NCBI GenBank assembly: GCA_028534125.1
Contig: CM052832.1
Location: 15,068,001-15,132,000, forward strand
Origin: Lama glama
Lineage: Eukaryota
DNA: 64,000 bases
Direction of reading: 5' to 3'
Shown here: piece after piece, positions 46,643-58,380 of the stretch
How positions within the stretch are numbered: the stretch's first letter is position 1
How the letters are laid out: every line of letters starts with the position of its first letter
The notes under the pieces: model-generated
The model's database searches: none
What the model was told of the DNA's origin: nothing
The model's input: the letters and a program-made list of their open reading frames with translations, nothing else
Position numbers and translations under genes: made by a program

Positions 46643-49602
46643 GTGAGGGCAGGAGGCAGTGGGGCGGGGGCTGGGAGCTAGGGATCCCTGCGGGAGACCT
46701 TCCTAGACAAGCCTGACACACCCTGGGGTCCAGAGAGATGGGGTGAGCCAGTGAGTGTGTGGGCTGGGAGACCCCTCAGGGTGGGACACAGGCTACTGTT
46801 AATGGGGCCCCCTTTTTTCCCCCTCCCTGTTTCCTGCATCCATTCTACCAACTGGGGGTGATAAACAGGTACTTTAATGGGGGGACTAAGGCTGTGGGCT
46901 TGGGGCACCTAGGTTCTACTCCTCCTGTTAGCTGTGTGACCTCAGGCAAGTTTCTCAACCTCTCTGGGCCTTTTGTCTGTTTTTTAAAAAAACGAGTTAA
47001 GGATGCCTGCTACATAGTGTTGTTTGAGCCCTGAATGCAGGAGTGTGCATAAGGGGCTTAGAGCAGAGGCTGACATGGGGTGGTCTGGCCACCCCTCAGC
47101 CACTCCTTCCTTTCTTTGGTGAGCTCAGAGTAGTGGGAAGAGGCCTGGGCTGTGGTTCTAGTTCTAGTCTGGCTTGGGGCCACACTCACTGTTGGCAGTA
47201 TCGCTCCTCCCTGGGCCTCAGTCTTCACATCTGCAGAGTTGGGGCAGGTGGCCTCTGGGTGCCAGAACCATGCAGAGCAGAAACCCTGGACCAGCCCACC
47301 TCTCAGCACATCTGCCCCTGGGTCCTGAGTTGCAGGTCAGACACTCACATGCCCTTAAAAGGTGGCCTCTGAACACCCCTCCTAACCCACTTGCCTTCTT
47401 TCTGCCTTTTCTCTGCTACCACCTCTCTGGGACTGAAAATGGACCTGACTCTCATTCCGCAATCTGAGAGGAGACACAGGCCCTGCTCAGAGTCTGGTAG
47501 GGGAGGCACACTCTGCATTTGCAGAGGAGGGTGAGATAGTAGATATGGTCCTCCCCAGCCTCCTCCCTCCCATAGCTGGCCTGGGCTGTCAGAGCCCGCT
47601 GTGCCCTCCGGCCTCCCCTGCCTACCTGCCCAGCCCAGCCTGCCCAGTCTGCCCTGCCCCTACTCGGCTCCCGCCCCACTGCTAACCATCCACTCTGGGT
47701 CCCTTTCTTTCCAACACTATTTCCCACTTGTAAAGACCCCATCCTGGACTCCTGAGTTGCAGCAAAACAGATGTCCCCCCAGGAGACATTGTCAGGTCCC
47801 TACAGGGATGGAGGGCAAGGTTCCGGAAGATCACTAAGGCCTCAAAAGCTAAAAGGACCAGTTCTAATAAGTATTTCTCAGGCAGCAAAAGACCAGGCAG
47901 TGGGAGTCCTCAGGGTCCATCTGACACCTCCAAGCTGAAAACAGAGGCTGCTCCCAACCCCCTCAAAGCTTTCAGGTCCTCTAAATTCTGGCTCTGGACG
48001 GTCCTGTGGCCATAGGTCAGCCAGCAACTGGGGGGTGGAGGGACTCCTCTGAGTTTTTTTTTTTCCCTCCAATCACCAGTCCCTGTACTCCTGCCCCCAC
48101 TCCCACCCCAAAGCCCAGCCCTCCTCAGGTCCCACCTCACCCACTCCAGCCCCCTGCGCAGCTCAGGTGGACCCACATTCTGGGAGGGAAGGCGGAAGGC
48201 TCTGGACCACAAATCCCAGAGAAGAGGCACCTTAGGGGGAAAGGGGGAAGGGCCTTAGATTGGCTCTCTGAGCAGCTTTTGGGTATGTGTGTTGGTGGAG
48301 GGGGTGGGGCGCATTTCTGGAAATCCACATGCATTTTCAGAAGCAAACAGAAGTAAAAATAAACCCAGGTGACTTTGCAGAGATTGAGGCTTGGGATCTC
48401 TGGTCATCTCTGGCTGGCCGGATGCAGGCGGGTATTAATAGGGCTGTGGTGTGGGTTCTGAGAGCATCCTCACCTCCAATTAATGTGCCCTGCGGGGGCT
48501 GCAGCAGGTTTGGGAGCCTGGCAATGTCGTGAATCAGGAGATGATGGAGGAGGGAAGGTGTGGGCTCTTGGGCCTAGAAACCTGTTTTTCCCTGGCAGCC
48601 GCAGGCGGTCCTGCCCTAGCTGGCCACCTCCTGCACAGGCCCAGCATCCTCCACCCAACCCCTGGAGTCTGTGTCCTGGCCTTGTCCATGGGAGGGGCCT
48701 GGCCAGTTTCTAGTCTCCTGGCCTCTTAGGTGCTGTGGGATCTTGAGCAAGTTGTTTGCTTCCTCTCGGCTCCAGTCTCTCCCCATGGAGAGAGCTGCGT
48801 TGGGAGAAGTCTGCCCAGTCCTTCCTGTCTTTCTCCTCCTAGAAGATGTGTTTGAGGGGCCACTTAGCTCATGCATCCTGTAAGCACTGATTGAGCGCTG
48901 CATGTGGGCTCAGCCCTGTGCTGGGCTCCAGGACCCCTGACTTGATTAGGACCACTGTCACTGTAGGCCGGGGAAAGGGGGAGCACCTGGCTGCCCGCTC
49001 CTTTTCATCCATCCAGGTTGATGTGGGGAGCAGGTCTTTGAAGGACCTGGACTTTTGGCACAGAAGGAGGTGGGATGAAGAGGGGGAGGGTGTAGAGGGG
49101 TGTGTGTGTGTTGTGTATGTGAGACAGTGGATATAAATATGGATATAAAAATAAAAACTAGGGACCAAGGTGGCATGAACCTTAGAGGACAGGGCCTGTG
49201 CAGATGTAGTTCCAGGGGCCTGAGTCAGACACAGGGCAGATCCAAACCTAGGGAAACAGGTGTGGTGTTTGCAGGGACAGATTTGGTCCTAGGGGACAGG
49301 AGTGGGTCTGGGAAGCACATTGCTCCTATAGGCAGGGGTGGACCCAGGGGACAGGCAGGGGATAGGGGTGCAAGGAGAGGTGAGAGGGGTAGCTGTGGGC
49401 CTATGGGCTTATGGACCAGGGCACCAGGGGACCATGGGCCTGGGGTACTGGCATGGGTTCTGGGGCAACTCTGAGCCCAGGACTCACATGGATGAGGAGT
49501 GAGGGGTCCAGGTGTGGGCTGTGAGGGAGACAGGTGTGACCAGGGGTGGGGGCAGTTTTGTGGGCAGACACGGCTGGGCTGGGCTGGTGTGTGTTCCCTC
49601 AG

Positions 49603-49757
49603 GCATGTGCTGGAGGCAGCACGGAAGGCCAACCAGACAGGCCACTTCTTCTGGATGGGCTCGGACAGCTGGGGCTCCAAGATCGCACCTGTGCTGCACC
49701 TGGAGGAGGTGGCTGAGGGGGCTGTGACCATCCTCCCCAAGAGGATGTCCGTGCGAG
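49603..49757 (+). CDS. GRM4: GRM4 internal coding exon (155 nt, phase 2 to 1), [51 protein letters not shown](G)
   Basis: Acceptor ttccctcAG|G, donor G|GTAGGC. Contains M309, D312, K317 and the NQT sequon. Confidence 0.98.
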
Positions 49758-50736
49758 GTAGGCCCAGCAGCTTGGGCGGTGCGCCCGCTGCTCTTACCTG
49801 ACATCATCCACCACCGCTGTCACTGTCACCCCCGACTATCCCCCGACTCCCTGCCTCTCCTGCTTCTCATCTTCCTGCATCCTGTCTTTCCTCTTCCTTG
49901 GCTCATAGCTTCTTTGTGCTCAGGTTCTGGGCTGGGAGGCCTTTCTGGCCACATTCTACCCAGCAGGATTCCAATCGAGATTTAGGACCTTTCTTCCTCC
50001 CTTTCCAGATATTTCTGCCCTGTGCTGGGGGACAGGGGCCTCCCTGCAGAGCTTGCCTGGGTCTGGCGAGTCCTAGATGTTGAGGAGTCTGGCCTGCCCT
50101 GCCTGGCATCCCTTCCTCCTGGGGCCAAACCCACAGTCACCCTGGTCAGGAACAGATTGCTCTGGTTGGAACCTCTCTGTGAGTGAGGCATGAAGTTCCC
50201 ATTAACGGCCCGATTTGGCAGGGACCTCACTGTCCTCACCATGGGGGAGGCAGGTTCCCAGGGCCTTCTCCTCCACTCTTGCTCCATTCAGTACAGTCTA
50301 GCACTGGTGGAGCTGGAAAGGCCTACAGGCATCTGCCTCCACCAAACTTTCCAGGATACCGAGTCCTGGGCAGGGGAGGGACATGCGTAAGGTCACACAG
50401 CAGTGTCCTCTGTTTACTCGAGGCAGAGGAAACACAGGCAGCAGAAGTTTTTACACTACCCACTCAGCCTTAAGCCATAATAAACATAAAGTAACAATAA
50501 CTATGGCTATTGGTACCCAGAAATGCCAGGCCCCTTGCAGACATCTCATTTAGTCTTCCCCGCAACCCCACGAAAAACTTCTATCCACATTTAGTAGATG
50601 AATACATTAAGGCTCAGAGAGATGAAGTGACATATAGTGGCTGAAAGTGACACAAAGTGGCTATTAAATGGCAGGGTGCCAAGACTTGCCTGACAAGTCT
50701 CTTTTCTCTCTGGGACATTAGAGAAGCCTTTAGAGC

Positions 50737-50950
50737 CATAGTTCTCATCTGTGGGTGCTTTTGACCCTCAAGGATCAAGTGGCAATGTCTGGAGACATTT
50801 TGGTTGTCACAATTGGGGAATGATACTTCTGGTATCTTGTGGGTAAAGGCCAGGGGTGCTGCTGAACATCCCGTGATGCACAGGATGCCCCCTGCCCCAG
50901 CAAAGAATGATCAGGCCCAGTGTGAGCAGTGTCAAGGTTGACACTCGACT
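50737..50950 (+). mobile_element. MER20 (hAT-Charlie DNA transposon fossil)
   Basis: tggcaatgtctggagacattttggttgtcacaa...ggccaggggtgctgctgaacatcc...gcaaagaatgatcaggccca; similar to the 22925 copy. Confidence 0.85.
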
Positions 50951-51770
50951 TTAGGCCAGTCCCCCACCAGTGCCAGCACCTCCCTTACAGCTCCGACAGG
51001 TGGTCACTGAGCCTCCACTGAACCCTGCCGTAGACAGGAAGCTCACTGATTGGTGTGGCCCCATTGAACTTTCAGGCCGTCAGGCCCATCCCCAGCAGCT
51101 CAGTCAACTGTGCACCTTTCACAGAACAGTCATGATGCAGAAGGGCCCTGAGAGGAGACAGAAGGCGTGATTCACCACCAGCCTGCCCACCTAGGGCAGG
51201 TGTTTCTGGGCTTAGAGCAGAGTTGCTTAGTTCCTTGCAGCATTTGGAGGAGGAGGCTGCCTCTGTCAGTGATGGGGAGGTTCTGGACTTGAATGGAGAA
51301 GATCCGGGTCCCCATTTTGCTGTGTGACCTGGATCACTCCCTACACTCTCTGGTCCGATCTCTTCAGAACCAGAGAGCTTAGGTGCTCCCAGGCTTGGGC
51401 GCCCCTGCCCCCGACTAGCCTCTCTGCTCTACTCTCAGGACGCCCAGGTGGCTCCTCAAAGAGGCCCCATATTATCATTTTGGTGGTTAAAAAGCAGGAG
51501 AATTATCTTTTTCCTGTGCTTCACTTCCATAAAGGCAGCAGTTGTGAGATTACACATGCCCCCCCTGGAACTTAATACAGCTCTTTTCTCTATGAAGGAA
51601 ATGAAATGCTCCACGTTTTATTTTGTCCAGCTGGTCCCGGGATCAGAGAATGCCTTCTTCCCTCAGCCCTGCCTCTGCCTGGGCCCTGTAAGGCTGCGGG
51701 AAGCAGAGGGAAGGGCTGGGAGTGGGCGGGGAAGAGAGGCCGAGGTCCTGACATCCTGGTTCCCTGTCAG

Positions 51771-51911
51771 GCTTCGACCGCTACTTCTCCAGCCGCACGC
51801 TGGATAACAACCGGCGCAACATCTGGTTTGCTGAGTTCTGGGAGGACAACTTTCATTGCAAGCTGAGCCGCCACGCACTCAAGAAGGGCAGCCACGTCAA
51901 AAAGTGCACCA
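51771..51911 (+). CDS. GRM4: GRM4 internal coding exon (141 nt, phase 1 to 1), [46 protein letters not shown](N)
   Basis: Translated by hand because the ORF track misses the correct frame. Acceptor tccctgtcAG|GC, donor A|GTGAGC. Carries the conserved mGluR NxRNxWFxEFW motif. Confidence 0.97.
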
Positions 51912-53694
51912 GTGAGCATGAGCACGGGGCGGGGCCTCGGGCTGAGCCTCAGGGGGAGGGGCCAGGATGGGCCCGGGAGGGATGGGACTGTGTGTGTGGG
52001 GAGTCTGAGAACCCTGGGTAGGGGGTGCTATGGGACATTATTGCAGGAGCTGTACTGTCCAGGGGCCTAGGCGGTGGCACCTGGGTGTGGAATTGGGGGC
52101 CCAAAGGGGCAGGGCCAGGGCTGAATCGTGGTCTGACACCAGGGCCTTGCCTGTGGGTGGGCTTAGGGTGATGCTGCTGAGTAGGGGAAGGGGCTCCTGG
52201 GTCTGGCAGAGGCTTTCTTCTGTCTGTGGCCGCCTTGGGCTTCATCTGGATGTCCCACAGGGAAGTGACCCCAGCCGCTCTGTGGCTTCTGATGTTCACC
52301 AGTCTGAGCACTTTACAGAAACCATCTCTAACCACTTGGGATTCCCTCAGTCACTCAACAGACACCAGTTTGATTCTCAGTGCCTGGCCCTTGTTCTAAG
52401 CACCGTGGATATAGCAATGAATGAAAGAATCAAAAATCTCTTGGAGTTTTTATCCTAATAGGAGGGACAGACAATAAACAAGATAAATAAGTAAACTATG
52501 GATTATATCAGAAGAAAAATGTGCAGTCAAAACAAACAAAATCGATAAGAGAGAGGATGGCCTCTAGGAAAGGTGACATTTGAGCAGAGTCCTGAAAAGA
52601 ACAGGGAATGAGCCACAGGAAGATGGGACAATGGGTCTGTTTTACAGGCTGGAAAACGGAGGCTCAGAGAAGTTAAGAAAAAGGACCTGAGTTCCCACAG
52701 ATGGAAGGTGGTAGAGCAGGATTTGGACCCAGCTCTGAGCTCTAGGCCCTCAGCCCCCCATGGTAGCCATCTTGGTGTGTTCACTTTTGATACATGTGGA
52801 TGTGAGTCCTGTGTGCTCGTGGTGTGGTGGCTCTGCAGCAGGACCTGGCCTCAGGGACATTGGGAGGGCCCTGGGTACCCCTCAGCCTGAGCGGTGCCCA
52901 TGCAAGGATGGTGCACTCCCTCTTATATCCTCCTGGACTGGTTGGTGCAGCTCGGGCAGAGACATTGATGAGCAAGGGGTCACTGAACTGGCTGCGGGGA
53001 CATGTTGCAGGGAAGATGCTGGCCTCCCATTCTTCCAGACTTGGGCTGCTAAATTACCCAACTGCATGTCTCAGGAGAGCGGCAGATACTGGCAGTGGGA
53101 GATTGGGCTGGTGTGTCTTGAGGTGGCAAGAAGTGGGTGGGTACCCCAATGGTTACTTCCTAACTGTGTGACTTCGGGCAGATCATTTCACCTCTGGAGG
53201 CCTCAGTTTCCTCATCTGTAAAATAGGAATCATACCGCCCACTCCCATTCTCCCAGGGCCCCATCCCCAGCAGAGCTACCTCTCTCACGGTTTCCCAGAG
53301 GAGGCGTGGAGGTGTTCTGCAGGAAGCACTCGTAGATGGCCCGTGCATTGCCCCACACCTGAGCGAGACAGGAGTCACTGAGCTGGATGTCTCTGCAGCT
53401 GTCAAGGCCTGTGGGAGGAAACGCCCTCCCCCCTCCTCCTCTCCTGGCGCCCTCCCTGGGAGCCCGCGGAGCAGGGCTTGGGAATTAAAGCTGTAAACAA
53501 GGCAGATGTGGCATCCGTCTTTCTGACAGCACCGCCAGCCAGGTGACGGCTGAGTGCAGGAAGGCCTGGTTTACGAGGAGGTAGGAGAAATTTACTGCCT
53601 GCTGCTCCCGGGGGCTGGGAGCTCTGAGAGTGAGGATAGCAGCATGGCAGCTGGGGATGTGTGGGGAGATGCCGATCACCCAGCCTGTGCTAAC

Positions 53695-53905
53695 AGTAAT
53701 AACAACAATAATAATAACAGCTGATATTTATATAGCATTTATTACTTGTCAAGCTCTGTTCTAGTGCTTTGCATTTAATCTTCATAGCAACCCATTTTAT
53801 AGATGAGGAAACTGAGGCACAGAGAGGTTAAAGACTTGCCTAAGGTCATACAGGTAGTACGTAGCAGAGTTGGGATTTGAACTCTGGCCATCTGGCTCCA
53901 GGGAT
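53695..53905 (-). mobile_element. MIR
   Basis: cccattttatagatgaggaaactgaggcacagagaggttaaagacttgcctaaggtcatacag. Confidence 0.85.
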
Positions 53906-54139
53906 GTCTTAATCCTGGGGCCCTCCTGCTATTCCTGCTTGGCTTAGAAGGCTCTTCCCACCTCCACATTCCTAAAGGAATATAAGGAGTTCCCCTAGGG
54001 AAAGGAAGGAAGACCAACATTTGAGATTACCTGCTATGTGCCAGGCCATGCCACTCATTAGATGATCTCACATTTGCTTAAACCACAAGTCATATGGTGG
54101 CCAGAGGGATCCTGAGCCTTTCCCCTCAATGCTGCTTCT

Positions 54140-55210
54140 TATTTATTCAACTGCATTTACTAGGAAGCTGTCTGTGTGCCCAGCCCTGTGCTACGCTCTG
54201 TGAGGGGGATAGACCTGCCCTGGGAAGCTTCTCCTGCAGTTGGGAGACAATATGGCCTCACAGACGAGGCAGTATATGATGGCGTGGTCTCAGCAGTCAG
54301 AGCCGTGGGCCTCCAGAGAGCACCTGATTGTGAGACCAGGGAGGACAGATCCAGGAGGCCTCTTGGAGAGAAACTGAGAGTGCTGGGAGACTATGGATGG
54401 TGCACTTTTAATTCAGGAGGTCAGAAGTCCTTACTGGGAAGGTGACTGGGAAAGAGTGTGCCAGGCAGAGGGCACAGCATGTGCAAAGGCCCTGAGGTCG
54501 GCTCAGGCCTGGCAGGTTTGGAGAGCAATGAGGAGGCCCATGCAGTTGAAGCAGATAGAGCAACAGGTAGAAGCTAAGGTCAGTGAGCTGGGGTGGGGTG
54601 GCACAGATCGTGTGGGCCTTGCAGGCAGTTTGTAAGGATTTAGTCTTTTAATGCAGAATGAGACAAAGCTATTGCAGGGTTTAAAAAAGATTAATGTGAT
54701 CAGATTTATGTTGTAATGGACTCACTCTGGCTGCTTCCTGGAGCGGAGATGGGGGCAAGGACAGAGCAGAAGACCAGTTAGGAGGCAGTGCTGTAGTCCA
54801 GGTGGGAAGTGATGGGACCCCGGAGCAGGTGGTGGCCATGGAGATGGTGAGAAATGTATACCTTCTGCAGAATTTGCTGATGGATTTGAGGTGAATCAAA
54901 GATGGCAGAAAATCAAGGATGAATCCAAGGTTCTTGGCTGGGCACTGAGATGGGGGTGGGAGGGTCAGGCCTAGCCATATGGAGAATCCTGGGAGAGGTG
55001 GGTGCAAAACCCAGGCTGGAGTTGGGCAGGAGGGAGATGTTGGAGAGAAATTGATGGTGAGTAGGGACAACTCTTCTGAGGTTTGCTCAGAAACGGAGAA
55101 AGAGAGATGCTAGCTAGAGGAGAAGTGGGGTCAATAGAAGGTTTTTATTTGTTTAAATGGGAGAAATTGGAGCATATTTCTCTTTTGACAGCAAAGATTC
55201 AGCAGAGGGA
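54140..55210 (-). mobile_element. L2 fragments
   Basis: tttattcaactgcatttact...ccaggcagagggcacagcatgtgcaaaggccctgagg...ggaggcagtgctgtagtccagg...aatcaaggatgaatccaagg. Confidence 0.75.
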
Positions 55211-55594
55211 AAACCAGATGCTGCTGGAAGGGGAGGGAGCCTGGTTGGGTGATGGGGGAGAGGAGACATCCACGTGGCGGGGCAGCTGTGACTTCAGCCC
55301 CCAGAGCTGCCTCCCCTTCACCCCTGGCCGCAGTCTGACCCGGTCTGGGAGGGCTATGCCCAGGCTCCAGGGCTGAGGGGTGTAGGCCTCAGAACCAGTG
55401 TGGGGCAAGCTGTCCTGTGCAGGTGCCAAGCGTGGCCTCTGCTACAGCGATCAACCTTCTCTAGTGGTCCCAGGAACCGCCTCATTTCACAGACGAGGGG
55501 ATGGGAGCTCAGAGATGCTAAGTAACTCAGCAGGCCAGTGAGAGGCTGAGCGGGGGCTTTCAAACTGCTCCCATCTGACCCTGACACCCATGTC

Positions 55595-55905
55595 ATGTTT
55601 CTCAAACTGGGGTCTGTGGACATCTGGAGACACATTCTTGTGGTCAGTCTCTTAGAGACCCAGGAGTTCCATGACGATTCTTGAACTTTGCATTTTCATC
55701 AGCAAGTGGTCTTTACCAATTGCAAAGGCAACTTCTCTGCTACTGTGATCATCTGCAGTTGGAAGTCACTGTCACCATCAGGACTTCAGCTTCTGATGAT
55801 TGTATTTTCATCCTGGGGTCATATTCATCCTGGGGTCATCCTGGGACAGAGTTGTTTTCCTTCAAAAGGGGCCTGAGGCTGGCTCAGGGTTGGGGAACCC
55901 TGGGC
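55595..55905. mobile_element. Probable hAT-Charlie-type DNA transposon remnant
   Basis: TIR-like ends (tgtttctcaaactgggg ... ggttggggaaccctg); family not determined. Confidence 0.4.
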
Positions 55906-58334
55906 TGTACCACTGCAGAGCTCCTGGAGCCAGAAAGACAGGAGCCCACCCTGCTGGGTGAGTCACTTCACCTTCTTGCCCCTGAGGTGGTGATCCCTTA
56001 TCAGCCCCAGCCAGTAACCCACCAAGACCTCAGGGCTGGCAGCGTTCCCAGGGACGGGAGTTGGCAGAGAGCTGAGACCAAGTTTGGGGGAACAGACTTA
56101 GAGATGGCAGAGACCAGGCTGAGTTGTTTAGAGGTTCCCCAATTGAAAAGCAGATGACTTGATGGGTTGAAAATTCAAGGGGCCGGCAGAAACCATGGTG
56201 GGGGGCTGAAGAAGGAGGGTGCGATTCTAGATGAGGAAGGGGAGCCTGCCATGTGACTTTGAGGGATGCCAGCAGGCCCTGGGGCAGCGGAGCCTGACCT
56301 CAGGACAGGACCTGTGTGTTCCAGGGAGGTGACGGGGAGAAGGTCTCAACCACAGGCAGAGTCAGGAAAGAGGGGGCATGGCCAGCAGGCGCAGGTGGCA
56401 GCTCCTCCCCCCATCTGTATATCAGGCCCCTTTCTGTGGGGTGGGCACCCCACTCATCTCGTGGGGGGCAAGGCTAACCAGCACGTGCCAGGCTGCAGAC
56501 AGGATGGAGTGGTGGCCCAAGACTGGATTGGAGGTCTCTGGGGGTGGAGCATTATGCCACGGAGGAGTGTTAGGGAGGAGAGGAAAGCTGTGGCTTATAG
56601 AGCGCTATGTACAAGATATGATGCTGTGTGTTCTATGTCTGTGCCTCCTCGAATTGTCTCAGTGGCCTCTCAGTGGGTACTATTGCCCTGGGTTTCCATC
56701 TGAGGGATATAGATTTTACTTCACCTGGGTCCTATAGCTGGTCTGTGGCAGAGCTGTGTACCAGACGGCTCTCCCTGTGGGGATCCAGGGACCCTCTTAT
56801 ACTACTCCCTGGGAGTTTGCCCAAGGGATGAAAATCAGTGTGTATGTTTGCATATTCGTATGTAAATGCAAATTTAGATGTGTGTAGATGTGTGTTGTGC
56901 ACAGACACCTGTGCCAGATTCCTTGTGTGGACCTGAACCTGCGAGCGCAGACCCCGCGAGGGTCTCACCAGCCCTGTCTCAGCCAGTGGAGTTAATTCCC
57001 CCTGGGGGGCAGCCTTCAGCCTAAGACTGGCGGGAGCTGGGGTATTTGTCCCCTCGGATGGGATGACCCTGAGGCGTACGCTATACAGTTTTCTGGAGTC
57101 CCCCACGAGCTTAGGCCCCACACCTGGTGTTACTGCTCTCCCTTCCCCATCTCACCTCCTTACCCCCTCCTAGTGTTTCCAGCCATCACTTCCCAGGTCA
57201 AACACTTGCACCCAAATCCTTGTCAGGACCTGCTCGTGGGGCTTCTCGGCCTGACAGTAAATCTGAGTGACCACATGCTTGTATGAGTGTCATGATGACT
57301 GTGTAGCTGTGTACATAGTGTGTGTTTATGTGTGCACCTGTGTTCAGATATGTTGGAACATGCATACGGGTAGAGAGCTGTGTATACATGCACCCAGGCT
57401 TGTGGGTTGCTACTCTATATGGTAGATGTGAAAATACATGTGTCTAAGTGGTTGATTTTGTGCACCTTGATGTCGGGGAGTGTATGTGTGCCTGTGTACA
57501 CGAGCATAGAACTCCAGAGGATGGTGGTGGGGCCGGGTGGGCTGTGGAGAGGTGAGGGGGGAGAGAAGGAGGAACTCTGATTCTTTCAACCTTGAAAACT
57601 CATTTCAATTACAATTTACAACCTGCAGACAAAGGCTGCAGTCACCGTAGTAACCACAGCTACGGGGTTTTGATGGAGAAAATCCTCTCCCGGGTGGTTC
57701 CTCGCTCGGCTGGCTGTCACCCGTGGCAGAGCCAAGTGCATCTCGGGCTCGGTGTGCCCCGGGACACAATTAGGACATCCTCAAACTGTTGCTGCTGTCA
57801 TCGCTGCCATGAGTCTGGAATTTATCTCCTCCAGGAGCTCTCAGAAGTGTGTCTCCTATCCTCCCATAACTGCAGTTCCCCTGCCTGGGCCTGGGGGTCC
57901 CGCCCACTCATAGAGGGGATTTTTCTGACCCCCGCTTTCCTCCATGGCCACCTCTCTCCTGTAGCCCTGCAGACAGGCATCCTTAGCTCCTGGTTAGGCC
58001 TGGCCAAACGACTGGGGCAGGACCTGAGCCCCAGAGAAGGGGGAAGGAGGCAGGTCAGGGGCTGCATGGAGGGAGAAGAAGGGGAGGGACAGTTCAGGGT
58101 GGTAGAGACTCTTTTGGAACCAGAGAGGTCCAGGTTCAAATCCTAGCTTTGGTGCTTACCAGGCAGGCCAGTCCCCAGGTGTGTGTGAGTGCCTGCCAGG
58201 CGCCAGGACTCCTGCAAGACTGCATACATCACTCGACCACGGGCAGCTCTCAGTTACCTCCTCTGTGAGGGGGCCAGTCCAGCCTACCTCTCCGATGCTT
58301 GGAGAGGAGGAAATGCCAGCCATGCCGCAGGGTT

Positions 58335-58380
58335 ATTTGCTGAAGGATATGCAGCAAATGGTGCATATCCTTCAGCAAAT
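58335..58380. repeat. Perfect 19-bp inverted repeat with 8-nt loop (hairpin)
   Basis: ATTTGCTGAAGGATATGCA-gcaaatgg-TGCATATCCTTCAGCAAAT. Confidence 0.95.
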
